DNA of 64,000 nucleotides. Origin: Candidatus Eiseniibacteriota bacterium. Its GTDB lineage: Bacteria > Arandabacterota > Arandabacteria > Arandabacterales > Arandabacteraceae. Below the pieces are notes generated by a model. It worked only from the letters and a program-made list of their open reading frames with translations. It ran no database searches and was not told where the DNA came from. The position numbers and the translations under genes were made by a program. Location of the stretch: positions 3,636 through 67,635 of the forward strand of contig JAZDEY010000082.1 in the NCBI GenBank assembly GCA_043808325.1. Direction: 5' to 3'. Positions 19,078 to 27,141 of this stretch are shown piece by piece; within the stretch, counting starts at the first letter, position 1; every line of letters starts with the position of its first letter.

Positions 19078-19634
19078 TCCAGCTCCTCCGGCTCGGATGA
19101 TGCCTTGCGAGCCCTCTTTCGGATTATGGCGATGGCACCCATCACGGCGGTAAAGAGCACCGTTGCCTCTCCGAGGGTATCATAAGCTCTGTAATCAAGG
19201 ATCACCGCGCTCACGATATTCGCAGCGCCGGTGTCATTGACACCGTTCATGACGTAATACATCGAGGGTGTGTTCGGAATGACTGAAAACACCGGATGGC
19301 CGAACTCCGGCAAGCCTTGGAACACCCTCATCGATGCAAGAAACACCACGAAAAGCAGGGTCATGGTGACCATCAAACCGAAGAAGTCCCTGTTCCCGGC
19401 GAATGACTTGAGTCCGACCCTCAGAGTCGCTCTAATCAGGATAATCAAGGTAAGCACCTCGACCACGATCGGCACGATCGCAACGTCGGGCGCCAGCATA
19501 AAGAAGAACGCGATAATGAGGCCGAAGCCCACGGCTGTTATGGAGACAACGACAGCCAGCAGGTCCCGAATCTCAATGGCGATTATCGCTGCTATTATGG
19601 TGAAAAGAACCACTACTCCCAGCAATTCAACCAT
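19065..19634 (-). CDS. DUF4040 + MnhB-like membrane subunit (equivalent to the MrpA C-terminal domain / MbhD-E), separate ORF
   Basis: N-terminal DUF4040-like helices (APDVAIVP) and MnhB-like NIVSAVILDYRAYDTLGEATVLF. Confidence 0.65.
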   Translation of the reverse strand: MVELLGVVVLFTIIAAIIAIEIRDLLAVVVSITAVGFGLIIAFFFMLAPDVAIVPIVVEVLTLIILIRATLRVGLKSFAGNRDFFGLMVTMTLLFVVFLASMRVFQGLPEFGHPVFSVIPNTPSMYYVMNGVNDTGAANIVSAVILDYRAYDTLGEATVLFTAVMGAIAIIRKRARKASSEPEELEWQE

Positions 19635-19637
19635 TTC

Positions 19638-21461
19638 TCACCTCAGTAGAATAAGCATGATAATGAGCCAGCCGGCAAGTGCCCACGTAAGATAGTCCGG
19701 AAGGTTCCCGGTATGAATTGCTCTGAATCCCTTGACGAAATAGTAGGCGAGTCGACGGCCTATCTCGTACAGATCAAGAGATCTCCTCTGGGCGGCGCCA
19801 TACACGCTCTTGAAAAAGCCCATGTCACTCACGGTCCGGTAAAAGTCCGTTCCGGTCACCCTGGTCTCGCTAGGCAGGATTTCACCCCCGACATAGGCTG
19901 AATCCACTCTTACCGCCTTCAGCCTGCCCGCCAAGTAGATTACCAGACCAATCACGATGCCGACCATGATCATAACCGTGGCGAGCCCTGGACTCCACCA
20001 GCCGAGCCACTGGCTCACGCCCGGGACCACTAGCGAAGGCACAGCACTAACCGCCGGTATTATAAACGGTTTGAGAACCAACGAATAGGCAAAAACGCCG
20101 AACGCAACGCAGAGCGCCGCCAGCACGATCATGGGCAGCACCATTGTGAGGCCGACTTCCCTGGGACCCGCGCCACGCTTGGCACGGACACCGAGAAAGA
20201 CCGAGTGAAGCACTTTCACGAAGCTTGCGAGGGTAAGTGCTGAACCAAACAGCGCGGCAACGAGCCAGATCACCCACAGATGACCGCCATTCTTGGACAT
20301 GCCTATTATTCCCTGGTAAACCATCCACTTTGAGGCAAAACCATTGAAGGGAGGAACACCCGATATCGCCAGGGACGCTATCGCACATGCTCCGAAGGTT
20401 ATCGGCATGTACCTCGCAAGCCCGCCGAGGCTGTCCAGATCGGTTGTGCCCTCCCGTTTCTCCACAGCGCCACTGCAAAGGAACAGCAACCCCTTGTAGA
20501 TGGCATTATTGAGCATGTGGAAAAGTCCGCCGGCTATACCGATGGGATTCATCGTCCCTATCCCTATCACCATGTACCCAACCTGGGAAACGGCATGGAA
20601 GCCGAGCAGCCGCTTCATGTCGTGCTGGACAAGCGCCATCATCACCGCCGCGATGATCGTGAACGATCCGACGATAAGCAGGAGCAGCATCATCGCCGGC
20701 GTCAGGTTGAAAACGTGAAGCGAGATGCGGGCGAGCAAGTATATACCCAGAAGCTTGTCCACCGACGCCGGCAAGAAGGCAACCGCTGATGCGGGGCCCC
20801 ATTCAGCCGCGTCGGGTATCCAGCTGTGGAAGGGCATGGCGCCGGCTTTGGCAAATGCTGCACAGGCAAAGAGAATGAAAGCAAAACAGGAAAGCCGCGT
20901 GATCGTCGGGATGGGATCTTGCGACAGGCTTGTTGAATCCGTCATCATCCAGAGAATCGCAACGCCAAGCGCCATCAGAGCGTCGGTGCCGCCGACTATT
21001 ATCATGGTCTTCTTAGCAGCAGCCGAGGCCCTAGCCCCCGCAACACCTATCAGCAGATAAAGAGTGAGACCCAAAAACCCCCAAAAGCTGAGGAGCATGA
21101 CGAGATCGTTAGAAAGGACGGCGCCGTATGCTGCTCCAAGGGAGAGAAGGGAATAGGCATAGTACTGTTTGAGATTCGGCTTGCCCCTCATAAATCCGAG
21201 GGAATAGACCATCATCAGGAGGCCAAAGAAACCTATCGAGAGAAGAACAAACGATGATAGATAGTCCACCTTGAAGAGCGTCATCCCAAACATCTTGCTC
21301 TCGAGCCACCCCTTCCGGAACAGGACTATCGTGAGCCAGAAGGTCACCCCCACGATGATGACGGCGATCGTTTCCTTGACGCCCTTGAGGGCATCCGGGA
21401 TAATCCTCACAAGGAGGCCGGCAATCATCGGGATAAGAATCGTGTAGCCCACTAGATCCAT
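19638..21461 (-). CDS. NuoL/MrpA-N-like antiporter subunit (MbhH-like)
   Basis: 607 aa; about 16 TM; NuoL/MrpA-family helices (HSWIPDAAEWGP). Confidence 0.85.
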   Translation of the reverse strand: MDLVGYTILIPMIAGLLVRIIPDALKGVKETIAVIIVGVTFWLTIVLFRKGWLESKMFGMTLFKVDYLSSFVLLSIGFFGLLMMVYSLGFMRGKPNLKQYYAYSLLSLGAAYGAVLSNDLVMLLSFWGFLGLTLYLLIGVAGARASAAAKKTMIIVGGTDALMALGVAILWMMTDSTSLSQDPIPTITRLSCFAFILFACAAFAKAGAMPFHSWIPDAAEWGPASAVAFLPASVDKLLGIYLLARISLHVFNLTPAMMLLLLIVGSFTIIAAVMMALVQHDMKRLLGFHAVSQVGYMVIGIGTMNPIGIAGGLFHMLNNAIYKGLLFLCSGAVEKREGTTDLDSLGGLARYMPITFGACAIASLAISGVPPFNGFASKWMVYQGIIGMSKNGGHLWVIWLVAALFGSALTLASFVKVLHSVFLGVRAKRGAGPREVGLTMVLPMIVLAALCVAFGVFAYSLVLKPFIIPAVSAVPSLVVPGVSQWLGWWSPGLATVMIMVGIVIGLVIYLAGRLKAVRVDSAYVGGEILPSETRVTGTDFYRTVSDMGFFKSVYGAAQRRSLDLYEIGRRLAYYFVKGFRAIHTGNLPDYLTWALAGWLIIMLILLR

Positions 21462-22669
21462 ATCTTGTCCATCCTCGAATTATACTTCTCCATGAGCTTC
21501 CGGGTTTTCTCATGCGATAGCCTGAGAAGATCCTTGCCGGTCAGCAGCTGCCGGCCGCTGCCGGCATCAACCACGAGCGTCCGCTCCGTACAACAATAGC
21601 ACGGGTCAATCGCTGCGAGCGTTATGGTGGCATCCGACACGGTATAGCCCACACAAGCGCGCTTATTTGTCGGCACATTCATGAAACTCGGCGCGCGGAT
21701 CTTGTATCTCACGGGGCGGTTGCTACCGTCCGACCGGGTATAATGTATGACCTCCCCTCGCGGAGCTTCATGGGTTCCGATGCCTTCACCGGGGGGAATC
21801 TCGGTGAGGTTCGCATCGATGCCGTCCTTCACCTCGAGGAGCTTCCGGCAGCACTGCTTGCATATCTTGACCGACTCGAGGATCTCCAGGACCCGCACCA
21901 CGAGCTTATCGAAGACGTCGCCCCTTTCGGTGACGATCACGTCGAAGTCGACGTCGCCATAGGCCGCGTAAGGATGGTCCCTCCGCACGTCTATGGGAAC
22001 ACCGGAAGCTCTCGCCGTCGGCCCAAGAGCCCCGAGCTCGATGCAATCCTGCTTGGTAAGGACGCCGATGTTCTTGGTCCTGGCCTGAAGCACGGGATCG
22101 GAGAGCGCAACATCGCGGAACATCAAGGTGGGCTTTACTAGGCTGTCGAGGATACGCACTGCCGAAGCGATATCCTCATCGGCAAAGTCACGCCGGACAC
22201 CGCCGGGCTTCATCATGCCGTAATGATTGCGGTTACCGGTCAGGAGCTCAAAGAGATCCAGCACGGGTTCCCTATACTTCCAGGCCCACATCCACACCGT
22301 GTTGTAGCCCAGGAAGTGGCCCGCCAGCCCCAGCCACAGAAGGTGGGAGTGAACCCTCTCCAATTCCCCGATGAAGGTTCTGATGTACTTGGCTCGCTCG
22401 GGAATCTCAACGCCGGCAACGTCCTCGGTCGCCATCACGCCGGCGAAGGGGTGCGACGAAGAGCAGATGCCGCAGATCCGCTCGACCAGGAAAGGAATCT
22501 GATCATAGCTCAGACCCTCAGCCAGCTTCTCGATACCGCGATGGTTATAGCCTATCTCTATCTCAAGCTCGACCACTTTCTCACCCTCGACGTGGAGCTT
22601 GAAAAACTCGGGCTCCTCCTGCAGAGGATGATAAGGTCCGATCGGAATTACAGTCTTACTTTTGGCCAT
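21452..22669 (-). CDS. group-4 [NiFe]-hydrogenase large subunit (NuoD/MbhL/EchE-like)
   Basis: N-terminal Ni-binding motif RICGICSSSH; C-terminal DPCYCCTER followed by a 41-aa extension. Start at ATG 22669 (MAKSKTVIPIGPY) with GGAGGGG RBS. Confidence 0.9.
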   Translation of the reverse strand: MAKSKTVIPIGPYHPLQEEPEFFKLHVEGEKVVELEIEIGYNHRGIEKLAEGLSYDQIPFLVERICGICSSSHPFAGVMATEDVAGVEIPERAKYIRTFIGELERVHSHLLWLGLAGHFLGYNTVWMWAWKYREPVLDLFELLTGNRNHYGMMKPGGVRRDFADEDIASAVRILDSLVKPTLMFRDVALSDPVLQARTKNIGVLTKQDCIELGALGPTARASGVPIDVRRDHPYAAYGDVDFDVIVTERGDVFDKLVVRVLEILESVKICKQCCRKLLEVKDGIDANLTEIPPGEGIGTHEAPRGEVIHYTRSDGSNRPVRYKIRAPSFMNVPTNKRACVGYTVSDATITLAAIDPCYCCTERTLVVDAGSGRQLLTGKDLLRLSHEKTRKLMEKYNSRMDKIWI

Positions 22670-23120
22670 TGTCCCCGCCCCTCCAATCCTTCCAATCCTT
22701 CCGCAACGGGTGATTGTCCGTAGGCCAGTCATCCGACAGCAAGAGATGTCTCATGTCCGGGTGATTCCGGAACTCAATTCCCAGCAGTTCGTGCATCTCC
22801 CGCTCGATCCACTCGGCCGCGGGCACCCGGATCGCTATCGACTCGATCGAAGGCTTATCCGGATCGAGTATCACACGGAGATTGAGGAAACGGTGCGCCC
22901 GGTCAAGCGGAAAGTGATACAGTATCTCCATGCCGCCTACCATGTGCATCCCCGTAGCGATCGAGAAGCGGCAACCCAGTTCCTTATATAGATACTCGGC
23001 CACGTCCGGTAGCCCTTTGGGATCGACCGTGATATAGGTCCGGCCGGGGCTCTTATCGTAAACTTCGATGATCGCGGCTCCGAACCTGGTCTTAAGACCC
23101 TGCAGAACCTCGTCCGCCAT
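22656..23120 (-). CDS. NuoC-like 30-kDa subunit (MbhK/EchD-like)
   Basis: 154 aa; NuoC-like fold region ERE(M/V)xE(L/M)xGI (EREMHELLGIEFRNHPDMRHLL). Confidence 0.8.
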   Translation of the reverse strand: MADEVLQGLKTRFGAAIIEVYDKSPGRTYITVDPKGLPDVAEYLYKELGCRFSIATGMHMVGGMEILYHFPLDRAHRFLNLRVILDPDKPSIESIAIRVPAAEWIEREMHELLGIEFRNHPDMRHLLLSDDWPTDNHPLRKDWKDWRGGDNGQK

Positions 23121-23133
23121 CTAATCCGTCCTC

Positions 23134-23565
23134 CTATTTCTTGCTCGCCGCAAGCTTGGCCTGGACCAAAGCCACAACGGCCTGAATCATGGCCTCCGGC
23201 TTGGGTGGGCATCCCGCAATGTAAGCATCAACCGGGACAACCTCATCAAGCGGCCTGGTCTCATTATATGATTTCCCAAACATCTCCGTAGAGCAAGAAC
23301 AATTGCCTAAGGCAATCACAAAACACGGCTTGGGCGCCTGAGCGATCACCCGCTTGAGTACCTTGCTTGATTTGCGGTTCATCGAGCCCGTAACCAGGAT
23401 CGCATCCGCGTGGCGGATGCTCCCGACCAGCTGAATCCCGAAGCGCTCAAGATCAAAGCGGGGAGTGAGAGCGTCAAGTATCTCGATGTCGCAGTTATTG
23501 CACGGGCTGGCTGCGAGATGAAAGACCCAGATCGATTTCGTGAGCGCCTTAAGCTTTAGACTCAT
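23134..23565 (-). CDS. [NiFe]-hydrogenase small subunit (NuoB/MbhJ-like, single proximal 4Fe-4S)
   Basis: Cys ligands in SPCNNCDIE, GNCSCS and GCPPKPE. CxxC spacing rather than the adjacent CC of NuoB, as I recall for Mbh-type small subunits. Confidence 0.85.
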   Translation of the reverse strand: MSLKLKALTKSIWVFHLAASPCNNCDIEILDALTPRFDLERFGIQLVGSIRHADAILVTGSMNRKSSKVLKRVIAQAPKPCFVIALGNCSCSTEMFGKSYNETRPLDEVVPVDAYIAGCPPKPEAMIQAVVALVQAKLAASKK

Positions 23566-23575
23566 ACCCTATTCC

Positions 23576-24511
23576 TCACAAACCCAGGAAAGCCAGAACC
23601 ACCGCCGCAACACCGAAGGGTGTCACCATCGCCCAGAAGAACTTCATTACCTGATCGATCCTAAGTCTAGGATTAGTGTTTCTTATGAGCGTCATCAACA
23701 GAAGTATCACCAAGTATCCGACCACCCCGTAAACCAGACTTAGCCAGGATGATCTCCAGTTCAAACCACCGAGGAAAAGCACAATCATAAAGAGCGGCAT
23801 CACGAAAGCCATCATCCACTGGGTCAGCTTGAAGAGCCCTAGCGGGATACCGGAATACTCTATGTATGCGCCACCCATGATCTCGGTCTCCGCCTCAGGA
23901 GCATCAAAGGGAACCTTGCCGAGCTTCGCTTGAGCAACAAGGAGACAGATAAGAAAGGCAATCACGCCGGAAATTGAGGCGATTATTGGCCGCCCAGCGG
24001 CCTGATACTGTATGATTTCGTCGAGCCTTATCGTGTTTCCCGCCTTGATTATAGCGACCAGTATGGCAAGCACGAAAGGAAGCTCGTAGGAGAGAATCAT
24101 CTTCATTTCCCTGGAGCCACCCAACGATGCAAGCGGATTGCCCGATGCGAACGCCCCCAGAATCACGGCCTGAGACGGGATGGTAAGAAGATAGATCACG
24201 ACGATGAGATCGCCGACGAAGGTCTGAGATGGAAATACGATTGTCCTCAGGAGGATCGCGCTAACTACCGCGACAGCTGCAAGCGCGAAAAGCGGTGCCG
24301 ACAGGAAAAGGAAACGTGACGCGCCCTCGGGCACGATGACCTCCTTGCCCAAGAGCTTGACGAAGTCATAGACCGGCTGGAAGAATGGCGGGCCAACCCT
24401 CCACTGTATTCTGGCCGTGATCTTGCGGTCGAACCAGTGAGCGAACATGCCGACCACGGCCGCAATCACGAAACCCACAACCAGGAATCCCATCGCTTGA
24501 AGAATGCTCAT
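23576..24511 (-). CDS. NuoH/HycD/MbhM-like membrane subunit
   Basis: 311 aa, 8 TM; NuoH-family helices (RKITARIQWRVGP, GIPLGLFKL). Confidence 0.85.
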   Translation of the reverse strand: MSILQAMGFLVVGFVIAAVVGMFAHWFDRKITARIQWRVGPPFFQPVYDFVKLLGKEVIVPEGASRFLFLSAPLFALAAVAVVSAILLRTIVFPSQTFVGDLIVVIYLLTIPSQAVILGAFASGNPLASLGGSREMKMILSYELPFVLAILVAIIKAGNTIRLDEIIQYQAAGRPIIASISGVIAFLICLLVAQAKLGKVPFDAPEAETEIMGGAYIEYSGIPLGLFKLTQWMMAFVMPLFMIVLFLGGLNWRSSWLSLVYGVVGYLVILLLMTLIRNTNPRLRIDQVMKFFWAMVTPFGVAAVVLAFLGL

Positions 24512-24520
24512 ACGAACCTG

Positions 24521-25003
24521 CTACCTCTTCCAGACGTCACATTTCACTACCAAATGCTCGCCACCCTGGTGGAGCTTTTTCGCCTCATCGGGCTCGATCT
24601 CTACGAACTTGATTGCGCCCAGAGGACAGGTCTTGACACACAGCGGGTCGTCAGCTGGAGCGATCCTGCCCAGGCAGTAATCGCACCTTGAGAGCCAGTA
24701 CGGGATCAGTTCCGGGTAAATCGTGCCAAAGGGACAGGCCAGAGCGCAGGATTTGCAGCTTATGCATCTCAGGTTGTGCCGCCTGAGGACGCCGCCGGGC
24801 TCCTTCTCGAGGGCCTCCTTGGGGCAGGCATTGATGCAGTTCCCCGATTCGCACTTTCGGCAGATGACGGCATAGGCCGCCAGCTCTCGAAGACTAGTTA
24901 TGCCGTCGTTGGCCGGGTGGTAGGGGTAACTACACCGGGTCGTGCACTGCTCCTTGGCCTCGCACCCGTCGCATATGTCCAGATCGATGAAGATCTTTTT
25001 CAA
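24521..25003 (-). CDS. polyferredoxin (HycB-like), 4 Cys clusters
   Basis: CDGCEAKEQCTTRC, CRKCESGNCINACP, CISCKSCALACP, CDYCLGRIA...CVKTCP. Confidence 0.75.
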   Translation of the reverse strand: MKKIFIDLDICDGCEAKEQCTTRCSYPYHPANDGITSLRELAAYAVICRKCESGNCINACPKEALEKEPGGVLRRHNLRCISCKSCALACPFGTIYPELIPYWLSRCDYCLGRIAPADDPLCVKTCPLGAIKFVEIEPDEAKKLHQGGEHLVVKCDVWKR

Positions 25004-25021
25004 CTCGGCGACCTCACAAAA

Positions 25022-25855
25022 TTAATCCCAAAGGGCCGGCTTGCCCTTGATAAGGTCATAGGTCATCACCGGGCCGTCCCTGCACACCATGTATTCGCCC
25101 AGCATGCAATGCCCGCATTTGCCTATCCCACAACTCATGTTCTTTTCCATGGAGAGATAGATCACGTTATCGGGAAAGCCTAGCTCCACCAGCTTCAAGG
25201 TGGCGAACTTCATCATGACGGGCGGGCCGCAGACCACCACCAGGCTGTTTGCCATATCGAGCCCGAGGTCCTTGACCACGGTCGTCACCACGCCCACGTT
25301 GCCTTTCCAGGTGGGATCGCCCACGTCCACCGAGAGCCGGAATTCGATCCTGGATGGGTTTATCTTGGGCCACTGCTCCAGGATCTGGGACTTATAGATG
25401 ATGTCCTGCGGCGCTTTGGCGCCGTAGCAGAAGAGGATCTTCTTGAAATCGTCAAGCCGGTTACACAGTGCCAGGAAAAGTGACCGGAGCGGAGCAAGCC
25501 CGACACCACCCCCGACGATCAAGATCTCCTTGCCTTTGAAGTGGTCCAGGGGATAGCCCTTGCCCATCGGGCCCCTGACGCCGACCGTCTCGCCCTTCTT
25601 CATAGCGTGGAGCACACCCGTTACCTTACCCGCCCTCATTATGGTGAACTCCAGGGTCTCCCTGACCCGAGGATTGGAGGAGGGCGTGAAGGGAGCCTCA
25701 CCCAGGCCCGGCACGGTGACTTCCATGAACTGACCGGCCTCAAAGGGAATCTCCTCACTGGGCCTCAGGACAAAGGTCTTGATCGTAGAGCTTTCGTCGA
25801 TCACCTCTAGGATCTCGGCAAGTATCGGCTTATAGATGTCTTTAGCTACCGACAT
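25022..25855 (-). CDS. AsrB/HydG (sulfhydrogenase gamma)/PyrK-like FAD-NAD(P)-binding subunit with C-terminal 2Fe-2S
   Basis: FNR-like barrel, GGGVGLAP NAD-binding loop, C-terminal MSCGIGKCGHC...VCRDGP. Start at ATG 25855 (MSVAKDIYKPIL) with AAGGAAG RBS. Confidence 0.75.
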   Translation of the reverse strand: MSVAKDIYKPILAEILEVIDESSTIKTFVLRPSEEIPFEAGQFMEVTVPGLGEAPFTPSSNPRVRETLEFTIMRAGKVTGVLHAMKKGETVGVRGPMGKGYPLDHFKGKEILIVGGGVGLAPLRSLFLALCNRLDDFKKILFCYGAKAPQDIIYKSQILEQWPKINPSRIEFRLSVDVGDPTWKGNVGVVTTVVKDLGLDMANSLVVVCGPPVMMKFATLKLVELGFPDNVIYLSMEKNMSCGIGKCGHCMLGEYMVCRDGPVMTYDLIKGKPALWD

Positions 25856-26952
25856 ACTTCCTTGAGCACCTTTCTCATGTCTATCTTGCCCGGGCAGCCG
25901 GCTATGCATCTGCCGCAGCCGGTGCACCCGTCGAAGCCATAGTTCTTCGGAAAATAGTCGAGCTTATGATAGTACCTGTGCTTGAAGCGCTCGACCAGGT
26001 GTTTGCGGGGATTTGCGCCCCCGGCGACTTGCGCGAAACGCTTATAGGCGCAGGCATCCCACATCTTGAGCCGCTTGTAGCGGTCCCGGAATCTCTCATC
26101 ATAGAGGAGAAAACACTGGCAGGTGGGGCACAGGAAAAGGCATGCGCCGCACTCGACGCAGGTCTCAACATGCTTGGCCCAGGCGGCGTCGTCGTACGCT
26201 CCGGCAAGCAGCTCCGGCCAGGTCTTGGGCGGCTTGTACTCCGCCGACTGTTTCTCGACCGACTGCAGCGTCTTCTGCCGGATCGCCTGGCGCTCCGCGA
26301 GATGCTTATCGGTCGCGGGCTTGAATACATCCTTATTGGCGTCGGCAGCTTCCTTGCCCTTGTCGCTTCCGACTTCGGCAACGTAGCCGCCTTCGAGCTT
26401 GGTCAGGTTCAAGTCAAAACCCTTCTCGGCATAGGGCTTCACACCGACCAGCACGCAAAAACAGGTCTCCAGAGGCTCGGTGCAGTCGGTGCTCACGACA
26501 AAGCCTTTCTTGCGGCGTTCCTCATAGAAGGGATCCTTGAAATCGCCCTCCAGGAAGACCTTGTCGAGGGCTTCGATAGCCCTCACGTCGCAGGCCGATG
26601 CCCCCACTATTGCAAAGGGCCTGGATTCTTTGAAGGAGCTCTCTTTGGAAGGGTACTCAGCAACCTCTTCGAGCAAGGAGAAGAAGAAGGGTTTAAGCGG
26701 CTGAAATGATCTTACGCCGGGATAGGTAAACCCGCCGGCCGCAGCGTAGGGCTTTATCCTTACTCGCCCCTCGTCATCCTTGGTGGTCACAAACAGGTCG
26801 CCGCGCTTCTCAAACCAGGACAAGAACCTGGGGAAGTCCGAATCAGTTACGTAGTAGGCCGTCATCCACCTTTTTCCTGTCTGTGAATCGGCGTAGCCTT
26901 CAACCGCGCCGATCTTGTCCCACCGAATCGGTGAACATATATTGTCGCTCAC
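25846..26952 (-). CDS. AsrA/HydB (sulfhydrogenase beta)-like iron-sulfur subunit
   Basis: IVGASACDVRAIEALD and C-terminal CVECGACLFLCPTCQCF, CTGCGRCIAGCPG. GTG start right after an in-frame stop. Confidence 0.7.
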   Translation of the reverse strand: MSDNICSPIRWDKIGAVEGYADSQTGKRWMTAYYVTDSDFPRFLSWFEKRGDLFVTTKDDEGRVRIKPYAAAGGFTYPGVRSFQPLKPFFFSLLEEVAEYPSKESSFKESRPFAIVGASACDVRAIEALDKVFLEGDFKDPFYEERRKKGFVVSTDCTEPLETCFCVLVGVKPYAEKGFDLNLTKLEGGYVAEVGSDKGKEAADANKDVFKPATDKHLAERQAIRQKTLQSVEKQSAEYKPPKTWPELLAGAYDDAAWAKHVETCVECGACLFLCPTCQCFLLYDERFRDRYKRLKMWDACAYKRFAQVAGGANPRKHLVERFKHRYYHKLDYFPKNYGFDGCTGCGRCIAGCPGKIDMRKVLKEVCR

Positions 26953-26998
26953 CTCACGTCAAGCGAAAACCGGGAAGTTGACGCGACGAAACTCAGGA

Positions 26999-27027
26999 AT
27001 GATACAAGAATGTCTGCCGAAACGCAA
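26999..27027 (-). promoter_or_regulatory. candidate promoter of the hydrogenase operon (minus strand TTGCGT-N17-TATCAT)
   Basis: Read from the reverse complement of the intergenic region 26953-27141. Confidence 0.25.
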
Positions 27028-27141
27028 CTGATTTTTCAGCATGGTCTTGGGGTCGAGGAGGGTCGTCGTATTGCTCGGGGATTGGCCGGGGTGTTGACCG
27101 GAATCCCTGCATGAGGGCAATCTGTGGGGCCATTTGAAGGC

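Noticed and set aside
22670-22732. 21-aa extension of the hydrogenase large subunit ORF
   Set aside because: Would overlap the NuoC-like gene; RBS-supported ATG at 22669 matches large-subunit N-termini.
25966-26709. 247-aa plus ORF
   Set aside because: Antisense to the AsrA-like gene.
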